Source of the DNA: an uncultured Acidobacteriota bacterium
GTDB lineage: Bacteria; Acidobacteriota; Vicinamibacteria; Vicinamibacterales; UBA8438
Assembly: GCA_913043225.1 (NCBI GenBank)
Contig: CAJWLU010000001.1
Span: forward strand, 64,001 to 128,000
DNA: 64,000 nt
Direction of reading: 5' to 3'
Shown here: positions 9,587-18,287 of the stretch, in pieces
Position numbering within the stretch: the first letter of the stretch is position 1
Layout of the letters: each line of letters opens with the position of its first letter
Translations under genes and position numbers: made by a program
The notes under the pieces: generated by a model
What the model saw: only the letters and a program-made list of their open reading frames with translations
What the model was told of the DNA's origin: nothing
The model's database searches: none

Positions 9587-10516
9587 ATGTCAGATCAAAA
9601 GCTGTACAAGATGAGGACTGTAACCAGCGCGACAGGGTTCTCACCCGCTGTCCTCAGGGCCTGGGAGCGCCGCCATGGCCTCCTGCACCCCAGACGGGGC
9701 CCAGGTGGGCACCGCCTGTTCACCAAGGATGATCTGACACTGCTCAAGCTGGTGCGCCGCCGGATGCGTGAGGGTCGAAGCATCGGGGAACTCGCCCTCA
9801 CGGGCCGAGACGAACTGCTCGCTGAGGCACGCGCACTCACGCCGGTGGGGACCCCACCGGCATCGACCACCGAGGGACCGACCACCATGGCAGCGCTCCA
9901 GGCACGTACCATCGACGCAGCGCTGGCGCTAAATGGCCCTGGAATCGAGCAAGCGCTCGACGAGGCCTTCGCTCTGGTAGCGCCCACCCAGGTCATCGCC
10001 CAGCTGATCGAACCCGTCACCCGCAAGATCGGCGATCACTGGGCCCAGGGAACCTGCGGCGTGGCCCATGAACACCTATTGAGCGGCGTCTTTAAGCACA
10101 GGCTACGAAAACTCGTCGAAACCGCGTCTCAGCGGTCGACCAGTCGTCCACCCGTGCTATTCGCATGCTTACCTGACGAGCAGCACGATCTCGGGTTGCT
10201 GACGCTGGCATATCGGTGCGCACAGCACGGCGTGCAACCCTGTTATCTCGGTCCGAGTCTCCCGTTCGAAGACCTGGAAACGGCCTGCAATCAGGTACAG
10301 CCCAGTGCCGTTGTACTCTCGGTGACTAGGCGGGCGCTCTACGACAGCCACCGAAGCCACCTTGTCGACTTCACTCGCCGGCAAGGCACCGGCACGCGGA
10401 TCCTAATAGGCGGACAGGGCACGCCACTCGAAGATACAGGACTCACGAACCAGGGGGGACTGCTACTTGGAGGCGAGCTTTCGATTGAGAATCTGCTCAG
10501 TGAGCTCGTCGGTTGA
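9587..10516 (+). CDS. carH: MerR-family regulator with cobalamin-binding domain (CarH/LitR-type photoreceptor)
   Basis: LRAWERRHG HTH motif; W-x9-EH (WAQGTCGVAHEH); E-x-H-x-x-G (EQHDLG); LSVT...IGG Rossmann tail. Confidence 0.85.
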   Translation: MSDQKLYKMRTVTSATGFSPAVLRAWERRHGLLHPRRGPGGHRLFTKDDLTLLKLVRRRMREGRSIGELALTGRDELLAEARALTPVGTPPASTTEGPTTMAALQARTIDAALALNGPGIEQALDEAFALVAPTQVIAQLIEPVTRKIGDHWAQGTCGVAHEHLLSGVFKHRLRKLVETASQRSTSRPPVLFACLPDEQHDLGLLTLAYRCAQHGVQPCYLGPSLPFEDLETACNQVQPSAVVLSVTRRALYDSHRSHLVDFTRRQGTGTRILIGGQGTPLEDTGLTNQGGLLLGGELSIENLLSELVG

Positions 10517-10563
10517 CGCCGCTGTCACGCTGAGCGCAGACGCCTCTGGTATCCTCGCCTACG

Positions 10564-11385
10564 ATGCCACCCGCCGACCAAGATCCAGACTCGGGAAATC
10601 AGTACGACCGTTTCGCTGACATCTACGGCGTCTGGACCGACACTGCACCGGCAGCGCGAGCCAATCTTCCGTTCTACAGCGAGCTATATGTCGCAGCCGA
10701 AGGCCCCGTCGTCGAGCTGGGTGTGGGCGATGGCCGGATTGCGGTCGAAGCGGCGCGACGAGGCGCTCGACTGGTCGGCGTCGACGCCTCGGCCCGGATG
10801 CTGGAGCGATGCCAGGCGCGAGCCACAGCCGCGGGAGTTGCCGACCGATTGACCCTAGTGCAGGCCGACTTCCGCACGTTCGAGCTCGACACGCCAGCCG
10901 CGCTCATCGCCCTGCCCTATCACAGCCTGGGGCATCTCACCGCCATCGACGATAAGCGGGAGGCCTTGGCACGTGTGTTCGAGCAGTTGCGGCCAGGTGG
11001 ACGGTTCGTCTTCGACGACTTCGTGGTGACCGATCGGGCACGTGCGCACATGCGACAGGCCCAGCTGCGGTCCATCTTTAAGGCGCCCGATGGCACGGAC
11101 CGGCTGCTGTGGGTCACCTCACTGCTCGACGACCCGGATCAGCGCATCACCGTGATCACCTGGGAGGACATGCTGGACGATAACGGTCGGCAGATCGATC
11201 GGCAGTACCGCAAGCTGGAACTCAGCTGGCTAACTCCGGAACAGGCCCAGACGCTACTGGAGGAGGTCGGATTCAAGATCGATTCCTGCTGGGGCGACTT
11301 CGAGCGGACAACATTCGATCCCACCAGGGCGAACGAACAGATCTGGGTGGTCCGCCGGCCCAACAGCGGGAGCCGGGCCGCATGA
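10564..11385 (+). CDS. Class I SAM-dependent methyltransferase
   Basis: VVELGVGDGR motif I, GVDAS, ADFR, LRPGGRFVFD. Confidence 0.9.
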   Translation: MPPADQDPDSGNQYDRFADIYGVWTDTAPAARANLPFYSELYVAAEGPVVELGVGDGRIAVEAARRGARLVGVDASARMLERCQARATAAGVADRLTLVQADFRTFELDTPAALIALPYHSLGHLTAIDDKREALARVFEQLRPGGRFVFDDFVVTDRARAHMRQAQLRSIFKAPDGTDRLLWVTSLLDDPDQRITVITWEDMLDDNGRQIDRQYRKLELSWLTPEQAQTLLEEVGFKIDSCWGDFERTTFDPTRANEQIWVVRRPNSGSRAA

Positions 11386-11741
11386 AGGGCACCGCCGGTC
11401 TCCGGGACCTGGAGGTCCAATGCGTGATTGGGGTGTACGACCATGAGCGCACCGGCCCTCAGCCGCTACACATCGACATCGAACTGGACTACGACTTCGC
11501 CGCCGCGGCTGCGTCTGACCAGCTCGCGGATGCCGTCGACTACGACTGTGTCACCCGCACCATCACGAGGCTCGCCGAGCAGCGGGGATACCAGCTGCTC
11601 GAAACGCTAGCCGAAGAGGCCGTGTCTCGACTGTTCCACGAACTGCCCATGGTCCAGACGATTCGCATGGAGATCCGCAAACCGCGCGCCGTCGCGGCGG
11701 CCGCCGCCTCGTTCGTCCGGGTGGAGCGCGAGCGCCCGTGA
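11382..11741 (+). CDS. folB: Dihydroneopterin aldolase
   Basis: IGVYDHER, AVDY, LLETLAE, IRKP motifs; ATGA overlap with the upstream gene. Confidence 0.92.
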   Translation: MKGTAGLRDLEVQCVIGVYDHERTGPQPLHIDIELDYDFAAAAASDQLADAVDYDCVTRTITRLAEQRGYQLLETLAEEAVSRLFHELPMVQTIRMEIRKPRAVAAAAASFVRVERERP

Positions 11742-12466
11742 CCGCTACCGAGACCCCCGTCGCCGTCGTAACTGGCGGAGCCCGACGACTCGGTCGCCGA
11801 CTGGCGCTGCGGGTAGCGGCCCGCGGCTACGACCTAGTCGTGCTCTACCGTCGATCCGCAGAAGACGCCGCGTCGCTTGCACAGGAGGTGCGCGCACTGG
11901 GCCGGTCCGCGCGCGCCCTGCAAGCGGACATCTCCCGTAGGGAGGAAGTGGCGTCGGCCTTCACCGACATTGGAGAGACCGAGGGTCACGTCGATCTCCT
12001 GATCAACAACGTGGGTAACTACAACCCGCAGCATGTCACCGCGCTCGACCCGACAGTCTGGGACGCCACCCTGGCCGCGAACCTGTCGGGTGCCTACTAC
12101 TGCTGCTACCACGCGCTCCAGCGTATGCCCGACGGCGGCAGCATGGTGAACATCGGCATGGCCGGGCTCGAGGGAATCCGGGCGAACACCCGCGGCGCAG
12201 ACTACTTCGTGAGCAAGACCGGCCTCCTCGTGCTAACCCGCGCGCTGGCGAAAGGCTATGCCGACCGGCGTATCCGGGTGAACATGGTCTCGCCCGGTCA
12301 ACTGGAGAACTCCATCGACCTTCCTCCGCCTGACGAGATCGGCCAGTCGGTGCCGCTGGGACGTGCCGGCACGCTCGACGAAGTGGCGGAGGCCGTCGAG
12401 TATTTGCTCGACGCCTCTTACGTGACCGGCGCCAACATCGACATCGCCGGGGGATACCGCCTCTAG
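11738..12466 (+). CDS. SDR oxidoreductase, pteridine reductase (FolM/PTR1)-like
   Basis: TGGARRLG (Arg-containing nucleotide loop typical of pteridine reductases), YFVSK; GTGA overlap with folB. Confidence 0.75.
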   Translation: MTATETPVAVVTGGARRLGRRLALRVAARGYDLVVLYRRSAEDAASLAQEVRALGRSARALQADISRREEVASAFTDIGETEGHVDLLINNVGNYNPQHVTALDPTVWDATLAANLSGAYYCCYHALQRMPDGGSMVNIGMAGLEGIRANTRGADYFVSKTGLLVLTRALAKGYADRRIRVNMVSPGQLENSIDLPPPDEIGQSVPLGRAGTLDEVAEAVEYLLDASYVTGANIDIAGGYRL

Positions 12467-12480
12467 TGTCCTAGCAGCCC

Positions 12481-13635
12481 GTGCGGACCACGCGAGCCAC
12501 GAGGCTTGTCCCACTGTGGGACCGGAACGACGAGTGGCGCCGACGGCTGGAGATGGTCGCCGCGGCCCGGGACTTCCTCTACGCCTCGACCTACTACCTT
12601 GAGTACGACCGCTACGGCATCGAGTTTCTCGACGCGCTGGACGAAGCATGCCGACGCGGCGTGGCGGTGCACCTGCTCCTCGACGGCTTCGGCCAAACCC
12701 TGGGTGGAGTACTCATGGCCGACGAGGCGAAACGGGCACTCTCGTCTCGTCTAGACACCCTTCGACAGGCAGGCGCTACCGTCACCGTCTATCGCCCTAG
12801 GTTCCCGATCCAGCGGCGGCTCGGAGGAGGACAGCACGTCAAGATCCAGGTCTCGGAGGCAGGGGAAGCCATCTTTGGCAGTAGCAACCTGACCGCCAGC
12901 TCATTCGAGCACTGGCACGAGTTCTCCGTGGCCCTGCGAGGCCCCGTGGTTCCGGTCCTCCTTGAGAGTTATTGCGACCTCGGCGGCGCGGTCGACGACA
13001 ACCACGTCGCCTACCTCCGAACGACGGTATCTCCCGACCCCGGACTCGACTTGGACTACTGGTTCTGTAATCCCAATCTCGCCCAGGGCCGGCTGGGCCC
13101 ACTGGGCTGGCGGGGTCCCAACGAGGTAACCGATCGGATGGTGGCGCTGATAAATGGCGCGCGAACGTCAGTACAGCTAACCGCCTTCTATTTCAAACCG
13201 ATCCCCTCACTACTGACGGCGGTGGAGGCGGCCGCCCGGCGCGGGGTCCGAGTCGAGGTGTACCATTCTCACCGGGACGCACTCGACGCAACCGACCTGG
13301 CCTGGATCGCCGCCGCCGCGTCCTACGACCGGCTCCTTGATGCGGGCATTCAGATCTGGGAGCACCGGGGCGGCGAACATTCGAAGATCGTCCTCGTGGA
13401 TAACGAACGGGTCTCGTTCGGCAGCTACAACTTCGAGGACGCCGCCCATGACCGACTCGCCGAGGCGATGCTCGAAACAACCGACGGAGCCATGGTGGAG
13501 GAAGCGCGCGAGATCTTTCAGCGACTAGCTGCGGACCCGGCTCAAGTGCGGGTAACACCGAGGTTCCGCACCTCACTGCCCGCGGTACTACGGCTTCGGC
13601 TGTCGGTGATGCGACACTTCAAGCGCTGGATGTGA
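12481..13635 (+). CDS. Phospholipase D superfamily protein (two HKD-like motifs)
   Basis: HVKIQVSE...GSSN and HSKIVLVD...GSYN; no N-terminal membrane anchor evident. Confidence 0.85.
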   Translation: MRTTRATRLVPLWDRNDEWRRRLEMVAAARDFLYASTYYLEYDRYGIEFLDALDEACRRGVAVHLLLDGFGQTLGGVLMADEAKRALSSRLDTLRQAGATVTVYRPRFPIQRRLGGGQHVKIQVSEAGEAIFGSSNLTASSFEHWHEFSVALRGPVVPVLLESYCDLGGAVDDNHVAYLRTTVSPDPGLDLDYWFCNPNLAQGRLGPLGWRGPNEVTDRMVALINGARTSVQLTAFYFKPIPSLLTAVEAAARRGVRVEVYHSHRDALDATDLAWIAAAASYDRLLDAGIQIWEHRGGEHSKIVLVDNERVSFGSYNFEDAAHDRLAEAMLETTDGAMVEEAREIFQRLAADPAQVRVTPRFRTSLPAVLRLRLSVMRHFKRWM

Positions 13636-13636
13636 C

Positions 13637-14224
13637 GTGACCGAGTCCGATCTGCGATTCACCGAGATCGAGCACAAGTACGTGGTCGAGGCCAGGTTCG
13701 ACCTGGCGGCCTTCGACCAGGCTCTGACGTCGCTGGGCCCCACCCGGCGCGCGACGCTCCAAGTGCGCGACCGCTACTTCCTCACCGGAGCCGGTAAGAA
13801 GCACCGATTTCTCATCCGCCACCGCTTCGACCCAGAGCTCCACCACCTTACGCTCAAGACCCTCGAGGACGATCCGCAGATCCGCACCGAGGTCAACCTC
13901 GACCTCGGCCACCACGCAGGTGACCAGACTGACGCCGTGGATGCGTTTCTCGCGCCGTTCGAGGTGGAGTGGCAGGACAGCCTGCTTAAGGATCTGGATG
14001 TGTGGTACTTCCACGACGCCGAGGTAGTGCACTACCGGGCGGAGGGTGGAGGACGCGTGGTGCGCTGTGTCGAGTTCGAAGCGACGCGAAAAGAGGACGT
14101 CGCCTCGGCGTTGGCCGTACTTGAGCGGTATGAGAACGCCAGCGGACTCGGCGATCGCGACCGGGAGCGGCGGTCCCTGCCGGAACTGCTGTTCCCAGAG
14201 GTGGCGGCCGTGTTTCGCCGCTGA
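13637..14224 (+). CDS. CYTH/triphosphate tunnel metalloenzyme-like protein
   Basis: N-terminal EIEHK (ExExK), DRYF, LTLK, RTEV, VEFE. Confidence 0.65.
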   Translation: MTESDLRFTEIEHKYVVEARFDLAAFDQALTSLGPTRRATLQVRDRYFLTGAGKKHRFLIRHRFDPELHHLTLKTLEDDPQIRTEVNLDLGHHAGDQTDAVDAFLAPFEVEWQDSLLKDLDVWYFHDAEVVHYRAEGGGRVVRCVEFEATRKEDVASALAVLERYENASGLGDRDRERRSLPELLFPEVAAVFRR

Positions 14225-14480
14225 AGGCGACCTAGTTTAATGGCCGACCCGTCGCTGGCGGCTTCCATCGACGTGAACTGTCTGATCTGCTTGAGCCTTT
14301 CTGGAAACCGCTTCTTCGTATCGTCCTCAGACAGACCTTCCACGACCGCCCTGAACTACGCTTCGTCGCCCTCTTCGAACAGCGCGATGGGGACCTGGCA
14401 ACACTGATCGTCATCCAGGCGTTTGGCGCGCCAGGCCCAGACGCTAGCCAGAGACGGCGACCGGACGGTAGCATACGGGC

Positions 14481-15950
14481 ATGCACGCCACAGTTCGAGC
14501 ATCGGTCACAGTTGCCCTCGTGCTCCTCGGCTCGGCCTCCGGCCTCGCCCAGCCTGTCTCTGCGCTGATTGATGCGGCTCGACTCGATGACACCGAACGC
14601 CTGGAAGCGCTGCTGGCCATCGGCGCCGACCCGGACGCACGACAGGGCGATGGAGCGACCGCGCTCCACTGGGCGACGCACCGGAACAACCTCGCCGCCA
14701 TGCATGCGCTGCTCGATGCAAGCGCCTCGGTGAACATCGCCAACGACCTCGGCGCCACCCCGCTGTGGCTTGCGGCCGGGAACGGCAGCGCCGATGCTGT
14801 CGCGCATCTGCTCGACGCGGGCGCCGACCCCAACGTCACACTCAACATGGGTGAGACGCCTCTCATGGCGGCGGCGCGGGCCGGCGCGCCGGCGGCGGTC
14901 GACCGGCTGCTTCAGGCGGGCGTCGATCCGAACCTCGCGGAGCTCGAACGCGGTCAGACCGCGCTGATGTGGGCCGCCGCCCAGAGTCACGTGGGCATCG
15001 TGCGTCGCCTCGTCGACGCCGGGGCGGACCTACACGCGCGCAGCCGGGTATGGCATCAGCTCGAGAACACGGCGGGCAACACCAACCCCAGCGGCAACTT
15101 CAAGATGGCCCACGGAGGCTCGACGGCGCTGATCTTCGCCGCCCGAAACGGCGACGTGGACACGGCGCGCGCTCTCGTCAACGCCGGGGCCGACGTCAAT
15201 GACACTGCAGCCGCCGGTATGTCAGCGCTCGTAATCGCTGCCCACAGTGGGCACGGGGCGGTGGGCGTGTATCTGTTGGATTCGGGCGCAGATCCGAACC
15301 TCGACGAAGCCGGCTACACGGCGCTACACGCCGCGGTCCTGCGCGGCCAGACCTCGTTGGTGGGCGCGCTCCTCAAACACGGCGCCGACGCCGATGCGCT
15401 GGTCGAGCACGGCACACCGGGTCGACGATTCAGCGCCGACTTCAGCATCCGTCATCAGTATGTGGGAGCCAATGCCCTCTGGCTGGCGGCGCGCTACGGC
15501 GAACTGGAGAGCGCGCGCGAACTCGTCGCCGCCGGCGCCGACGCCTTCAACGTGCCCGGCATTGGGATGACCAGCGTGCAGGCCGCCATGGGTATGCCGG
15601 GCAACACGGCCGAGGACCGCCGCAACCAAGTGGACGTTCCGCCCGCCATGGACCTGGACGACGAAGAAGCGATGGTGGTACAGCTGACGACCTTGCTACT
15701 CGACCAGGGGGTCGACGTGAATCTTCCGGGCGGGAACGGCAACACGGCGCTCCACGACGCCGTTCGCCGAGGTTTTGGTGATGTGGTCCGACACCTGGTC
15801 GAGCGAGGCGCCGACGTCAACGCCCCAAACGGTCGTGATCAGACACCCCTGCACCTGGCCGAAACGCCGCAGACCATCCCCGGCACCAACGGGGCTCGCG
15901 GCACCCTGCCTGAGATCGCCGAGATTCTGCGCAGCCTAGGCGCAGAGTAG
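14481..15950 (+). CDS. Secreted ankyrin repeat protein
   Basis: Signal peptide; many G-x-T-A/P-L-H/M-x-A-A repeats. Confidence 0.92.
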   Translation: MHATVRASVTVALVLLGSASGLAQPVSALIDAARLDDTERLEALLAIGADPDARQGDGATALHWATHRNNLAAMHALLDASASVNIANDLGATPLWLAAGNGSADAVAHLLDAGADPNVTLNMGETPLMAAARAGAPAAVDRLLQAGVDPNLAELERGQTALMWAAAQSHVGIVRRLVDAGADLHARSRVWHQLENTAGNTNPSGNFKMAHGGSTALIFAARNGDVDTARALVNAGADVNDTAAAGMSALVIAAHSGHGAVGVYLLDSGADPNLDEAGYTALHAAVLRGQTSLVGALLKHGADADALVEHGTPGRRFSADFSIRHQYVGANALWLAARYGELESARELVAAGADAFNVPGIGMTSVQAAMGMPGNTAEDRRNQVDVPPAMDLDDEEAMVVQLTTLLLDQGVDVNLPGGNGNTALHDAVRRGFGDVVRHLVERGADVNAPNGRDQTPLHLAETPQTIPGTNGARGTLPEIAEILRSLGAE

Positions 15951-15962
15951 CGCCGTCAGACT

Positions 15963-18227
15963 CTACCGCAACAGGTCGAACAGATAGCTGTACTTGAGGG
16001 TCAGGGTGCGCCCGGCCCCTGGCGACAGAGTCGGGCCAATCCCCTGAATGTCGTTGTAGACGACGAACAGGCCGGTGTTGGCGTCTGACAGCAAGCCGAA
16101 CCGCAGATTCGACGACCAGAGATTCGCTCGATCGTTGTACTGGACCAGCGCCTGGAAGAACATCCGGGTAGTAAATGAATACGACGTCCGCAGCCGGAGC
16201 AAGTTGGTCACGAACTCGCCGCCAGGCAGCCGTAAGTCGTTGTAGCTCCAGGCGAAGCTCGCGTTGAAGGTTTCGCCCGCCCGCACCGTCACCTCGGGCT
16301 GGATTGTAGTGCGCTCTCCGCCAAAGAGACCCCCTTCGATCCACCGCAGCTCGCCGCTGACGGGCGCCCCCAGATTCGTGTTTCCGACGATCTGCGCCTC
16401 CTGGTGGTCGTAGACCCCGGGAGGAACAATCACTCCGGGGAAAATCTCGAACGCCTCGAAAATGCCCTCCCGGGTGATGTTCATCCCGGTGTGGATCTCG
16501 TACCCGTTCCGCCACTCGAGGTGATTGTCGATGTGGGTGAACTGGGTCTCGTGTAGTCCGGTGTCGTAGTTCCAGTAGGTGTTGTGGTACGTGTGTGGAC
16601 GAATCTCGTGCAAACCGAGGAAAGCGTCCGGACGAAATGTGGTGAAAACCGTGGCGTAGGCCCGACGATAACCCTCACGCGCCAGGAACCCCACCTCGGG
16701 ATTGAAGTCTGGCGCGACCTCGGTATAGATGAGCGACACCCGCGACCACGACGACTCGTGTTGCCCAGAGACCGAGTAGGCGTGGGTGTCTCCCCCTTCG
16801 GACCCGCCCGTGCGTGCCCCTGCGCCAGTGTCGGTCTGGGCCACAAACCCCGAGATCGTCCCCCCTTGTCCGATGCCCCATCGACCGTCGACCGCAAATG
16901 TCCGGTTGTAGTCAGCGTCCGTTGACAGGTCGCCCGCGGCTTGACGGTTCACCACAATCGCACCGACATTCGACCGATTCGCGAGATCCTGCCGGACGCG
17001 GGCCACCGTGAAGTTCTGCTGTGGCGACCCGGCGCTCGTCACCGAGTCCTGCTGCATGTTCAGGAACCCTATGTTGGTGTTCCGACCCACCTTGCCCGAG
17101 AGGCGTCCGCCACCCAGGATGGGGATTTGCGAGCCACCGGCACCCAACCCAATCCGACGGCTAAAGAAGATGTCTACGGCGCCCTGCTGTCCGACAGAAA
17201 ACAGCCCGGCATTCTCCAGAAAGAACGGCCGCTTCTCGGGAAAGAAGAGGTTGAACCGATCAAGGTTCACCTGCTGGTCGTCCACCTCCACCTGCGCAAA
17301 ATCAGTGTTGTAGGTGCCATCCAGTGTGAGGCTCGGGGTGACGCTGTACTTCAGATCGACACCGACATCACCGGTCGTGGTGTCGCTTCCGCCGGCGCTC
17401 CGGTGCACCGCCTTACCCAGCGCGTAGGGCATGAGCTGGAGGTTGCGCTGGGCCGGTACGGTCAGCCCCTGGAGCTCGCCGGCGAGCGAGATCCGGTTCA
17501 GGTTGAATTGGCGCGGGAGAGGGGCCCAGAACACCTGTTCGTTCTGGGCACGGATATTCCGCTGGAAGTTCATACCCCAGGTCTGATCGTCCGAGGACGG
17601 GTAGCGCAACGTGCGAAACGGGATAGCGATCTCGGCGGTCCAGCCCTGGTCGTTAACCTGGGTACTCACCTGCCAGACTCCGTCCCAGTTCAGGTTGAAG
17701 CCGCCCCCCGAGCCACGGCTGCCCTGCCCCTCGTTGGTGAGCTGCCCGTCGTACTCGACCCCAGCGGGATTGGTACCGAACACGAAACCGTTCAGACCGT
17801 CATGGTAGGTGTCGAGAATGATCCGAAAGCTATCGGTCTCGGTCAGGTCCGAGTCCCGGCGACTATCGGCGACAATAATCGACGCTGGATCGTCTGTGTA
17901 GCAGACTACCCCGAAGTACAGCGTGTCAGCCGTGTAGACGATGCGTACCTCGGTGCGCTCGGACGCCGGCAAGCCCTCGAATGGCCGGCTTTGAACGAAT
18001 CCAGTCGCCAACACCGCCGCATCGTAAGCGGGATCGCCGAGGATCTGACCGTCGATGATCGGCGCAGTGTCGACGGGAGTCGCCCGAACCAGCGGGACTC
18101 CGCCGGAGGTTAACTGCCCCTCGGTAGCGGACGAGGTTGGCACATTCACGCCCTGGGCCCAGACCGTAGCAGCCAAAGCCAGACAGAACGCGACGAACGG
18201 CAACGTAGCGAAGAAACGTGTCGGCAC
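15963..18227 (-). CDS. DUF5916 protein with N-terminal CBM9-like domain (probable outer-membrane protein)
   Basis: Signal peptide; WTAEIAIPFRTLRY; NTDFAQVEVD...NLDRFNLFFPEKRPFFLE; C-terminal KYSYLF. Confidence 0.85.
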   Translation of the reverse strand: MPTRFFATLPFVAFCLALAATVWAQGVNVPTSSATEGQLTSGGVPLVRATPVDTAPIIDGQILGDPAYDAAVLATGFVQSRPFEGLPASERTEVRIVYTADTLYFGVVCYTDDPASIIVADSRRDSDLTETDSFRIILDTYHDGLNGFVFGTNPAGVEYDGQLTNEGQGSRGSGGGFNLNWDGVWQVSTQVNDQGWTAEIAIPFRTLRYPSSDDQTWGMNFQRNIRAQNEQVFWAPLPRQFNLNRISLAGELQGLTVPAQRNLQLMPYALGKAVHRSAGGSDTTTGDVGVDLKYSVTPSLTLDGTYNTDFAQVEVDDQQVNLDRFNLFFPEKRPFFLENAGLFSVGQQGAVDIFFSRRIGLGAGGSQIPILGGGRLSGKVGRNTNIGFLNMQQDSVTSAGSPQQNFTVARVRQDLANRSNVGAIVVNRQAAGDLSTDADYNRTFAVDGRWGIGQGGTISGFVAQTDTGAGARTGGSEGGDTHAYSVSGQHESSWSRVSLIYTEVAPDFNPEVGFLAREGYRRAYATVFTTFRPDAFLGLHEIRPHTYHNTYWNYDTGLHETQFTHIDNHLEWRNGYEIHTGMNITREGIFEAFEIFPGVIVPPGVYDHQEAQIVGNTNLGAPVSGELRWIEGGLFGGERTTIQPEVTVRAGETFNASFAWSYNDLRLPGGEFVTNLLRLRTSYSFTTRMFFQALVQYNDRANLWSSNLRFGLLSDANTGLFVVYNDIQGIGPTLSPGAGRTLTLKYSYLFDLLR

Positions 18228-18287
18228 TACTCGGTAAGAACGACGGCTTGCGACCAGACGTTACGAGCGTCCGACCTCCACCATCCG

